Source: Balanoglossus misakiensis
Taxonomy: Eukaryota; Animalia; Hemichordata
Direction: 5' to 3'
DNA: 64,000 nt
NCBI GenBank assembly: GCA_040954595.2
Contig: CM082596.2
Location: 6,088,791 to 6,152,790, forward strand
A program made the position numbers and the translations under genes. The notes under the pieces were generated by a model. The model ran no database searches. It saw only the letters and a list, made by a program, of their open reading frames with translations, and was not told the origin of the DNA. Within the stretch, counting starts at the first letter, position 1. Each line of letters begins with the position of its first letter. Shown here one piece after another: positions 30,901 through 43,800 of the stretch.

Positions 30901-32811
30901 AGTTTACCTTAACTGTACTTGTTGCTTTATTATTACAGGCGGTTTTAAAAGTGAACAGAAGTCGCGTCTTGCCAAAGTGAAAGAAACTGAAGAAGAACAC
31001 CATGAGATCCCAATCAAAACAATGACATCACCAGAATTAGCAATGGTACGTTTCACAAAATTTTCCCCTCAGTACACATTAAGTGATTCAACAGAAAGTC
31101 AACATCCAAACCCAACCCGTCTTTTCAGAAAGTTAGTTTTGGAATACAGATTTAATGCAGAGGGTGATGGTCGGTGGGAATTTCAAATATTGCTGAATCT
31201 GGCCTTCATGTGTTTCTGAAATAATCTATCAACAACCAGTAACATCTTGTTTTGTTTTGCTTTTGTCTGCACAGTCAGTACACCGTGGGTTCATGACCCT
31301 ATCCTTATTTTGCCATGGTATTTTGGCGGGCTTTGCGCTCTGGCAGTGTGTGGTGGTTTATTCGTTGTCTTCAGACGGCGACGAAAATTTCTTGACAAAC
31401 TACTACAAACTATCGCTACCAGCTATGTCCATGTACTATTTCCTCTTGGCTGTGTGTACAGTCTCAGCATTTGACAGGTGAGTTGCTGCTGTATTTGTTT
31501 TGAGACTACTGTTTTGAATCTTGAAATATTTCGTTTATTGTAATTTTGTTATAATATTTTTGATTTCAATTTTTGCTTGTTTTTTGCACAGATATGATCT
31601 TGCCAGACCGAATAGAAAGTTCTTCAAGGGGCTTCTCACATTCCAGTCAGGAGCTATATCCATTCTAGGTAATCCAGAAAATGAATTCAAAGTTTTTTTC
31701 TAACTTTTTCACTTTGTCAGATCTTTAAGACTGCCTTTATCTGGTTTTGCTGTCAACCACTGTATGAATCGATATCAAGTTTGGAATCATAATTTTGTTT
31801 GTCTTCTTTTTCTCGTAGTGTATTTGATTACACTGATTTTCTCAGTGAGTATTGCGGGGTTAGATGACAGGATAGGCCTGTATGGCAAAACAGATCCACC
31901 GCTATGGTAAGTACTCATGCACACTGTCAACATTCACCCATGTTTTGTTTGAAATAGCACAGATGCCGGAATCATTGGCGAGAACCATACATCATTAATA
32001 CATCACAGGGGTTTGGTGGGTGTTTTTTTTGCACAATTTGATTTCAAAGTTTTCATCACTACATGTACGATTGTGTTCTTATAATATTATGTCTCTTTTC
32101 CTGCAGTGAACCTGACTGTCCAGACGAGTCTCTTTGGTAAGTTGCTACATGTACCGGTACATTAGATTCTGCATCACATACATGCATTCAAATATTACAT
32201 GTATGTTCACACATGTATACATATGTACATGTGACACACAATGATATTGGGTGAATGATTAATGCATTAAACATTCTCGCTTCTTTTTGTCAGGCAAGAT
32301 GACGGGGCAGCGTACAGGTTGTACGTGTGGAGAATACTGAATTTAATGCGGGTTATTGGCGCCATATTGGGATGGATCATCCTGTCTCTCACCCCAACAA
32401 CGGACTACACACAAGGTATCAATTCAAATGGGGGTTTGCTGCTTCTTATAGTGTACCAGGCTATGCTTGTAGCAAAGGCTGTCTGTCCAGAAATCTTCAA
32501 TCGATTTTAAATACATGTACATGTACATGTACATGTCATAGACGCTTGCAGTTCCAGGGGCCACATATATGAATCATACTTTACACTTTATGACAGCTGC
32601 AATAATTGGACAATCTGAACAACTAGGGGTGGTAGACCTCGATCAATTTTACATCCCTGTTTTTGAGTACTGAAGTCAGCACAATTAATCTCAGACTGGC
32701 ATACTGTAAATGCCTGTTTTTGTTTCGATTTCAGACCATCTGAAGAAAACCGACGAGCCTCTGTGGGACGAAGGTGAAAACGAAGTCAACCAGCGTCAGC
32801 ATGGTGTCTGA
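27930..32811 (+). CDS. TMEM237: Transmembrane protein 237 (ciliary transition-zone protein), 16 exons
   Basis: N-terminal PRSLPP...KKKKP, then QPTNRLFME, VHRGFMTLSLFCHGILAGFALWQ, YYFLLAVCTVSAFDR and WRILNLMRVIGAILGWIILS match TMEM237. Exons 27930-27944, 28240-28294, 28605-28667, 28828-29022, 29320-29400, 29586-29717, 29897-29996, 30232-30275, 30566-30700, 30939-31045, 31275-31477, 31592-31668, 31819-31906, 32107-32136, 32294-32415, 32735-32811 join in frame. Confidence 0.9.
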
Positions 32812-33711
32812 GCCTTGAAACAGGCGAGACCTCTGTACCATCACTACTGCAGACTTCAAGTGGCACGAAAAATGCCAATGTGTGATTACCATTCCAGTTA
32901 CTCCAATCAACAACTATTTGATGCAGTACGCTGGCGGTAACATTAGACCATACCCTTGAAACATTTGAGTTCAGGAGTAAAATCTCATCATGGCTTCTGT
33001 GTACATACATGTATCAGTCTGGAAATTTATTTTAAACAAAATAAATGTATATAAAGTGTGACACACCAAATAAAAAAGAATAAATTATCAAAAGTGACTG
33101 AATTTAAAGGCAAGGATTTTTAGAAAAAAATATTTTGTGCCAATCAACTCAAAAAAAGAATATTTAACAACGACCATAATAATATGTCTATTAGAAGAAA
33201 GCTTGACAAGTAGATTAATAGAGAATAGAACAGGCTAGAAGGAACCTTTGTAATATATTTTTAGTGATACATGTACATAATATTCCATTGAAAATTAATG
33301 TACTTCATTTCCCCGTATTAAAAAAATATATCCGTCCTCCTTGTACTTAAACTTGATGGAGTCAAATGATTATGTAGTATCGAAAATTTAGTTGTTATTT
33401 TTCCATCACCCCACTTAAAGAGATCACACTTTTACAGATATGTAGCCTGTAATTTGGCATCTTATTTTTTTCGATAAGAGTACTGTGAAACTTGTGTAAA
33501 ATACAGAGAACTACAGTTTTAATTGATCCATGCTTGCTTTTGACTTTCAATTATCATTTGATCATACTTCAGTTATAAGAACATTATTTTCTTATATGGA
33601 GGTTGACTTTTTTGATTTGTGATTTTTTGTACCAGTACGTTAAATGGCATATTTATTAAAATTTGTAAATAATTCTTTATAAGGTTCAAGTGTGTTTGTG
33701 TGGGGGTGAAC

Positions 33712-33835
33712 GATAGACAGATACATACATACATACATACAGACAGACAGACAGACAGACGGACGGACAGACGGACATACAGACAGACATATACATACTT
33801 GTACACTAGATGAAAGCTAAACTGGACTTCAGATG
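33712..33835. repeat. (ACAT)n(ACAG)n(ACGG)n-containing interspersed repeat, HINE/Helentron-like 3' end
   Basis: Compound tetranucleotide run with the same architecture as 56950-57054. Confidence 0.55.
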
Positions 33836-33850
33836 GTCAATAAACTAGCG

Positions 33851-34863
33851 TCATGTAAAAATCTGCTTGGGTGTGAACACTTCATAATCCGTGATAGTAA
33901 AGTGATAGTTGCCCATCAGAAAATTATCCATTTTCTCTCTTGCAGCATAGGAATGTGGGAAGTTAGAATAGGAATGTGAACCCTGGTTACAGTCTGTACA
34001 AATACAGATATCTGCCCCTGCACCAAATATTGGACCATACCTGAAGGAAAAACCAGCCAACAAATGAATTAATGTTTAGAAAAATATGAAAAGATGTATG
34101 TATGTATGTATGTATGTATGTATGTATGTATGTATGTATGTATGTATGTATGTATGTATGTATGTATGTCTGAGGTTCTTACCAAAAATCGAGGTTCTTA
34201 CGTTTTACAGCCTACTCAGACACTTATAAGGATTAAGAATACGTTAGATGCAATAACTGAAGACCACACCCCTCTTTTGTTGAAACTCACCCTGGATGGT
34301 GGCAGACGGCAAATTTCTTGTTGACAACATCAAACTTGGTGGCAGCTTCTCCCAGTGTGTTCACCAGTGAGAACAGAAATGACCTGTCGAATACAAACAA
34401 ACAAGCCATCAAAATACAAATAACTTTACCGTAATACATGCATGTACAATTCCTAAGTAGGTATTTCATGACATTTCCAGATGTTTCACTAACAAAACAA
34501 GTTTCTGCTCTTCTGACTAAATTAAATTGATGACATCTCCTTTCTCACCTGTCGGATGCCACATATTTGCCTCTAGGGGGCGTACTGCTACTCCAGGGCA
34601 CATCAGTGAAGCCACCACACACACTACCATTGGCACCCTACAAGATAATTAATACACAAATACAGAGACATGTTAAAACGAAAGAGGAGAAGAGTGTTTA
34701 ATCCTGGATAGAGATTATGTGGACATAGGTAAAAGGGCCACGTTATGCCTTGTTGGAATCGCCTGAGACACACACACACACTCACTCTGTCTCTCTCTCT
34801 CCCCTCCTCTCTCTCACTCTCTCTCTCCCCTCCTCTCTCTCACTCTCGCTGTTCCCTCCTCAG

Positions 34864-34897
<34 letters not shown>

Positions 34898-37800
34898 CCA
34901 CTCCCTTGCTTGCTTTACTCAGAATAAAATTCATGATGGTGACATTGATACAGCACAAGATGAGAAAAGTGTGATACACTTGGAATGACAACCGCGGTAT
35001 ACTTTGTGATTTCATTTCCAAACCTAATACATGTACATGAATTTACGAACTCATCAGGAACCCATAGCGAGCACAGAATGGGAATCACAAAAATTCGTCA
35101 GATATCACACCAGATCCTGACCATCTTACCAATATCAAGACAAACGTAGGTGAGTGGCCATCGCAACATCTGTGAAAATCCATACAACTGAACCCGTCTC
35201 TTGAAGCCTTGTACAACAATTTCCATTCCTGTTTGCTGTTCTTGCCATACCTGCCAAGAAAAGAAAGTGTTATCTTCAAGGTTTTTGGTTGACGCAATGT
35301 TGAATAAGGATAGAACGTCTCGCATGGCCTGTGCTGTTATCAGCTTCTAACTGATGCATATTCGTGGAAAAAAGTACTAACACAGTACACACTCTTGATT
35401 CAAACTTTAAAAAAAATCAAGGTACCTTCTAGGGGCTTGCTGCTTTTAAGAACACAGTCTAGCCAATAATGATTTATTTGTGGCAAAAAATGAAGATAAT
35501 TTCAAATTTATTCAAATGTAAAGTATGACTTTATTCAATAATGTCTCTTACCAGTTATTGAGAAGCTGTTGATATTGGAATAAGTCATCCCTGAGGATCT
35601 CTGAGCCTTGGAAAAATCTCTTGCATACTCTGGGCCGAAGTTTTTTGTCCACGTTTCTGTCAAATTTATCAGGTACAGCTGCAAAGCGATACCTGAGCAA
35701 ATAACGAAGACAGAAAACTAAGTTAAAACATGAAAGTTTGCATAAAGCAAACAAACCATTATTATGTGTTAAGTGTGTTTTAGTAATATGGGTCATAAAA
35801 ACAAGTGAGAAATGGTGAATATTTTTTAAAGTCATATAGCGCCACCACACAGCCATTTAAACAATGTCTTTTGTTTTTACCATGAAGTAATAATTTGCAC
35901 ACAAATAATAACATAGGTGGAAAAAGAAGCAAACAAGTGTCTGGGCTTTAACACACACCTCTCCAGCGAAAGCTCCATGGGCACCGCCCCTGTAGGCTCC
36001 ACCTCCTCTGCAAATACAGTGCTGTCAATCAGCAACAGTTTGACATGATTGATGACCCCGGACAGATGCTGCATCCAATCAGAACATGACGGAAAAGAAA
36101 AGAACCAATTAGACAAGCACATTTTATCACACACATATAAAGGGAAGGGGTCGTCGTGCCGCATGGGTGTCCCCCTTGATGAGAATATATATATCAACTA
36201 TATTAACAATATTAACTCCTAATTCAACAAGCACCCTCTGTCGACCATTTCTCACCTGACACATCTTTCGTCTTTCTTCGTCACTCCACAGATACGTTGG
36301 TTTCATGATCCCAGCTTTGTACTTGGCCCAGTGCAGGACACAGCGCCACACATCTTCTTCACACAGAGCAAACTAGAAACAAGAAAAGTCTTGTTTGTAT
36401 TTCGGTCTCTAATGTCTATGATTTCACAAAACTCATTTTTTGAATCATTTGACCATGAGGTTGAGATAGAATCCCTAATCTCAAATTGCAAATTCATTTG
36501 CTTTTTAACCACGCATGACTTGTAAGACCTAGACAATGAAATTCTATGGCTCGGACAACATGATTTTCAAAATAGGATAGGTAGGTCTTGTGTGATTGTT
36601 ACAAATATTACTGACAGGTGGCCAAATGTTAAATTCAGATGAGCATTTTGACTTGAGACAGGCCACATCAGACATTACTGGGAATTCAAACCAATATTTA
36701 GAAAACTGACCTACCTCATCGCTCTTCAGCAACCTGAGTAAGGCCTCTCTGGACAGGTTAAGAAATTCTTTCGTTTGCACACAATCCTCTGCATTGGATT
36801 CGATAAACGTGGCACACTTCTCTACCAAACTAGTCTTCCGTGAATCTGTGACAGGAATGAGAAATCAAAAATACTCGTCACCACTTTAATACAGTAAATT
36901 CTAAACCAATTCCAGGACAAGGCAACTGTAAATAAAAAAAATTGTAGGGACAGAGTCACTGTCTTTTTTGTCATTATGTTGGCAAATTTATTTAAGGAAT
37001 GACATTTTTCTGACTTTAACTGAAACATCCACAAAGTAAAGTGGTATCAGTTATACCACTTAGAATGTGATGAAAAATAATTGCACTGAAGATACATTAA
37101 TATTGCAAACAGGTGACATGTTCATATTAATATTTGCAGTTTGTCTCGACATGCAATATAAATTAGCCAACTTGAACCCAGAATGCAATGCAACATCCTG
37201 TTGGGCCCTCAAGGACAAAGATGGATGTCAGGTGGTGAGAAAATAAGTGGTTTAAAAATGCCCAGACTAAGTCTCTACCAAGGATCATTAAACGTAATGA
37301 TTTTGTCACAATTTCATTACTGTGGGTAATCTCATCAATCATGTCTCTGTGCAGTATCACACATGCTTCCGTAAGCTGACAAGTGATTGTCTGTGACACA
37401 CGTCAAAGTAAGAAAATATTACTGATAGGGAGTGTGCACCAGGACCGTTGTGTGTGCATAGGCACTGGAATCTGTGTGTGTGACACATGTAAGATCGTTG
37501 AATGAACATTTGAAGTTTTTGCCACAATTAGAAAAAAACAAAAACAATCTGACTTCAGATCATCCCTTGGGACCTGTTCCGAATATCAAAGCTGTGAGTC
37601 TGGTAGTTTCTGGGAAGTCAATTGTTGACAGATCAAAGGGCAGATGTTTGGACGGATGGACAAAGGACAGATAACAACAGACAACGAGATAAGCTCAACA
37701 TCGCAGACAGTAGGGCTGAAAACAAAGGACACCTGTTCTGCGATGATAACTCTCAATAAAATCTATTACTTTTTAAAATTCAACATCAGCGGTTATTAAC

Positions 37801-40800
37801 AAGTACATGTACTCTTATTGCTTACAAGTGAGAAATTTATTTTAATTTTATCGTTTTAATTTCAGTTGGCATAAAGTTACGTATCATGGACTTGTCATTG
37901 ACTCAACTAGGAAGCGTTGTATCTGACAAACCTGCCCATCTCACAATACCCGAGCTGTCATAATCGTTTTTGACAAAAGTGGCTCATTAGCAATGACCTA
38001 CTATCACACATTTGACAGAATCTCCACCGAGGCATGAAATAAATAGTCGGGAGTAACGCGACTAAATTATGCATGCAATATCGACAATGATCCGTGGAGC
38101 GTGAAATCGTATTGTCATGTCCATGTGTATGTATTCTTCGGGGGGACTGTGTTGCCTGAAGGTACAATCACGTGCACTGATTTCGAGGAAACAAAAGACG
38201 GAGCCTTGTCATCAAGGCTTTGTAACTTGTCTCTTTATCAGAGGTATTAAAATTGCACACACAAAAAGATTTTCATGATGGGTTGGGGTGAGATTTCAAT
38301 TTATGGACTGTTCAAACGAGACAACAGAATCGAATTTATCATGACAAGATTTTTTTGAGTATCCATCATTCAATAAACTGTTATACACAAAAAGATCTTG
38401 GATAGTTGTGTCTCTTGTATATTAATGTTTCCACCTGAAATGAGACTAACTGGTACAAATTTAAAGCATGAAATGAAAACCAAAGCACGTCCATTTGCAC
38501 ATGTATATTTTTAACACTGATATGCCTACACACGTGTGCTTTAAACATATGGTCTGGATGTGTGCGTTATGTCAACATTACAAGTTCAACAAACATTAAC
38601 CAGTGCATCAATAACATGAAATGTGCCAACCATGGTCTATTATGTATCAGGGAACACCAATGCAGTTTTTAAAATAATAAAAAGCTGGGAAGCTGGAAAA
38701 TATCCCACTGATGTCAGCCACAGACAGACATTCACCAAAAGCATCCAGCTCCATCCATCGTTTTTCCCAAATAAACAGGTCTGGGCCATCCTCTACATAG
38801 AAACCAAACGGGTCAAAACACACACCCGCGAAGAGGGGTGGAAGCTAGGATCCCAGGGCTTTAAAACACCACAGAACTTTGCCCTCAGTATAAGACACAT
38901 CGTCAGAAACCAACATTACCATGGCAACAGCGAGACAGATAAAAATGTCAGACATAAAAGAATATGATATCCTTTGTGCCTTCTTGCAAGACTTCACTCC
39001 GAGGGACGAGATTAAATTACCTTGCATGCAAACATGAGGACGACAAGTCAAATCGGGGGTATTATTATTATCAAGTCTGCAGATACAACACACAGTGGGG
39101 GATAATAGACATATATCCATTTCCTCAGCAAAATATAAATACTACAGACGACAGTGGGCACAGATGATCGGGTTTTTCAGAGGGACGTCACTTTTCAATA
39201 CACACCTATCTTGGTGAGTGTTTTTTTTTTTAATTCTGACAAAACGTGAGTGACATATGCCTTTAGTGAGGCTCAGAGGCAACATGGATATCTTGGCCTT
39301 TCTGCTCTGAGTGGTACGGTGTCAGCATCGAGGGACCTCGTGATGTTCGCGAATTTGCCCTTATCGCGAGCCCGCATCAGCGTGCGGGATTGTCCATCCG
39401 TTTTCCCCACAAGACAGGGAATGTTTCAATTAACGCTCAGCTCAGAGAGAGAGAGAGAATATGCCTGTGTATATCGACAGGGCCCGGTGCAGCTTTAACG
39501 CGCCGATAAAAGCAAAATCGTCCTCCTTTTGTTGGGGGGGGGGGCTGCGGTAATGATTCCCGTTGATTGACAAATCAGTTTAACCAGTTTTAAAAAGTTG
39601 CGCTCTCGGGGGCACGCGGAGAAGACTCGGGGATAATTTGCAGCCGCTCCGTGCGTATGAATCACCCTGCTATTGATTGCACCTGTCACGTTGATAAAAA
39701 GGCCAGCTACACGGTCATTCTGTCTGACAGGCTGTGTCTGATGCACCGTGTCTAGACGATACATGTTCTTTAGAAGTAACGTCGGACAAAAAAAAGGAAA
39801 AAACACGAGAGTGCAGCAATCTGAGCCTTGGGCAATCCACTTTCATGCAATTCAACGCTTCACACAGTCCATGTTTTTGATTCAATGGGCAAAGTGGAGA
39901 AGAGACATAGCAAAAACACTCTATTCTATCAAACATATAAAAAAAATCACCACCAGGCTTCCCAGTAAATCTGAACTCTGTTGCTTTGAAAACTGCATTT
40001 TAATTTTTAATCATCCCTTTGCATCCGATGCGGATTAAAAATTTATAATCCCATCTAATCAATTTCAACATTGACTCTGGGTATTAAAGTAACCATAGCA
40101 ACTGCTAAATTGTCTGAAATCCCGAAAAAATTTAGACGTTTACAAAGACGCCCACAAAGAAGCATCAGTAGAATGATGAAGGCACGTCAAATCGTCTCAA
40201 TAGCATTAAATAATGTCTCTGAAATCCTGCATTTAGTATTCAGTAATATTCAAGAATGATAACATTTTCCATAAATAGGTCCTTCTTTTGTGTGGGTCTT
40301 ATCTCACAGAAATGTGTAGCTGTAGGAAATTGACCATTGGAACATCGAATTTACACACCACCATCTTACTACCTGTGAAGGATGTCTTTGTGAGAGCTTT
40401 TCAAAATGGTCTTCAAATCTTTTCTCTATCACCACCCAGGTGTTCAAATAATTGCAGCTTTGCCATTTCAGGCATGCATTCAAATGATATTGGTATCTCC
40501 TGAACATTTTAAAGAAAATATTGCAAAAGAAATGAAATCAAAAATTGTGTGACAGCGCCAAATGGACTGACGCCCTCTAGTGACAGTATGAAACAAGGGC
40601 GACACAGTCAAGCCAGCGTTCATTGTACCCGAACTTGTCAAGACAGGCTGACAATCTATTGGAAAGAAATGTAGTCTAACTTTTTAAATCAGAAAAAAAA
40701 TATTTTACATGGTTTATCAACACCAAGTGACATAGTGTTATTTGACGCTAGCAAATTTAAGTTTCCCAGACAATATGGCATTAGGAGTTTTGGCAAATAT

Positions 40801-43800
40801 TAGAATCACATTTTCCCTGTAATTCTCAAAGCAATCCCGAAAGAGACTGATTTGTATGTGTTACCGGCAGTGGTCGTAGTGCTTGTCCATGATTTTCTCA
40901 ACGTCTCTCATGATCACATAAAAATATTTGAGAAAAAGCACAGATTGCACTATAAAAAATTTAAATTGGTCAAAACTGCTCTGTACATAGACCCTGATCC
41001 ATTATGCATTATTTCCAAGTCCAACGGCAGCACAGTGGGTTGTCTCTGACCTTGGAAAAGAAATAAAAACCAAGGTTGCTCCTTTTCACGTCTTTAACCC
41101 GGTTACTGTCTCTCCCAACAGTGCTTTTAAACGAATATCAGGGCCGTATTGAGATTCAGTTTTACAATATTTCCTCCACACACACAGACTGTGGTTTATA
41201 GTTGATATTAGAGGGTTCAAGTTGCTAGGCGGACCAGCAAGTCAACCCAAAACGGTCCATTTTCCTTGGACTTCAGCCTTGAAAGCAAATATTCCCTCAG
41301 GTAGACACCCATGTGCTGTTACCAAGTTGGCCAGTCAATATATGTATACTGTCTCCCCCCTTTTCCTCTCCACACCCCTGTCTCCAGAAATGGGGGGGGG
41401 GGGGGGGGAAATCCAGGACTGATACAAGCCTAATCACATATCAAGAGCCATCCAATACACTATAGGTAGGACAGAAGGTCCGTTCACAGGTAGTCTAATT
41501 AATGGTCACCTTGGCATGTTTTCAGTGAAAGTAGTCCCTTAACACACTGCATGGGTGGTAACAAAATTCATCCACAAACAAACTGAAGTGCCAGTGCAAC
41601 TAGTAGCTAGAGACTTCACTATTCCAAAAGTAAGTAATTCGAAACACAAAAACACAGGTATGTGAGGAATGTTTTCCTAAAACATGTCTTGTGCGACACT
41701 GCGGCCTGAACAGAACGTTTACATGTTTGTTTACTCAAACGAATGGAAACATGCGATCACTTTATAAACATGAATGAAAATTCAGTAACGTGGCTAGTGA
41801 GAGTTTAATTTCCACGAACTAGACTTTCGTATCGGTGCCCACTATGCCATGGTAACATGTACATGTTAAGTGCAACTTGCGGTACCTAAATTCTGCAAAA
41901 CATCTGGGAACTGTAACAGACTCAACCCCACACACGACCAAGATACTTCAGGGGGGAAAGGTCCTCTGGGATGTTCAGGTATGTGAAAATCACAGTAAAT
42001 ATTATTGCAACGCGGGCAGGTTTCTAACCGTTCTGCTTTGGGTGTGGATTTTAATTAAGGCACCGACCACTGTGTGTGACTACAAAGGCATGACCGCAAA
42101 CACAGCACCACACAGGTTTTCATCAGCAGAACAAACAAAGACAAAACAAGTAAACTTCTCAAAAGGTTTACGTGACTCAAAGGTGCAGTTCCTTCAGTCT
42201 GTGATTATTGACACGAAATCTAGATTTAAAAGGTAGTTTTTATTCTGTAAGCATTTCAACAGAAGTTGTCTGTGACCGTAGACCCTCTCGATCGCTCCGA
42301 GGGTCTCAGTGTGCTGTGAGTGGACTATTTCAGACTTCTCAGGATGTAGCCAACTTTAAAAGGTTCAAAGACATTGTACAACACAGTGTTGTGCAGAACA
42401 GCCGGTGAATGAATTGATACACTGGGGGAAGTAGGCAGATGTATTTTTTTGTCCAGCTAATGTGCCAATCTACATCTTTAGTTTTCTTACCCCATACACA
42501 CGAAAATTATTGACTCGAGTCACTGGTTTTGTTAGGCCACAGTTACTCCACGCAGGGAACGACTGTGGTCAGGCCAATATGCCCATTATACAAATTAAGT
42601 AAGTTAATTCATTCAAAGCTTGCCTTATTTGTCATAATTGGGTTTTAAGGTAAAATCTACTTCAGCTTTCACTGTACCAAAAGAAGAACCAAAATACGAC
42701 ACAATTGTAGTCCTTTTATTCGTTATTTTTTACAAGAAAGTATGCTTATTAACAGAGTACACGCTAGAGTCCAAACTCTGACTTTCACGTTTCATCCCTT
42801 TGTACTTTATCAATTTTTTTTGGCTTTCAGGTCTTTTTTTTCTTGTCGAGTGAACAGAACGACGAGACAACCAAGAGACAAAGTTTGTAGCCATGGTGAC
42901 AGAGCCAGGCCGTTTGAAGATGAGGCGTATGGACAACTGCTTCAATTTCTCGACATCAGAGAAAATAAAAATCACTTTGTGCGAATGCTGTTGCAATTGA
43001 ATTACGCCTATGAGGCGCACACGAACTGACAGAAAAAATAAAATTTTACTTTTCCTCGTTTGGAAATCGGCTGACAATCTCAGCCAGCCGTAGGGCAGGG
43101 CACTCTCGCTGCTGGATTTTATACAAGCGGCGACTCGCAGAATTATGACAGCCTCTCCTCGTGTCAGTGATCCGCGGAATGACATCACCAATTAACGAGG
43201 GTTAATTTGACGAGATGCGGGCAGGTGCGCACTGACATTTCTTGTCATAATTCCTTTCAAAGACTTGTCAATGGAGTTTAAGGTATTCCATTAATCATAT
43301 TCAACGGACTCAAATTAGATTCTTCTGTGTGTTTAGACAGGGACAATCAGCGATGGAGCCAACGCGGCGAAGTGGTCCGTCGGTCGTATTCTCCGAGGTA
43401 CGCAACGCTGCAAGTTTCCTTGTTCGCGCATCATAATAGTTGCGCCAACAAATATGCATAAAAGTATCAATATTTTAGCGGTTGTATATACGAGGTGCCT
43501 CAATTCAGCTGTCCAAAGCTTGAACTGTGTCTGAATGTCACACACACACACACGCTGTCATTAGCTCTTCATCTCAACGTTCTGTTACTTGAGTCATCGA
43601 GTCTTTCAACGTCGGATGACGCCTGTCCCAATTCATTGAAAACGCCGCGAGCAAACCCTGTGTCAGTTTCAATGGACAGGAGAGCCAACTCCTGGTACTC
43701 TTATACTGTGCGACTGATGCCTAAGCTTGTGGCATTTCACGCTAGTCTATAATCACAGTTTTATGTCATGGTTTAGAGCAAGTTAACTTCTCTGTGAAAA

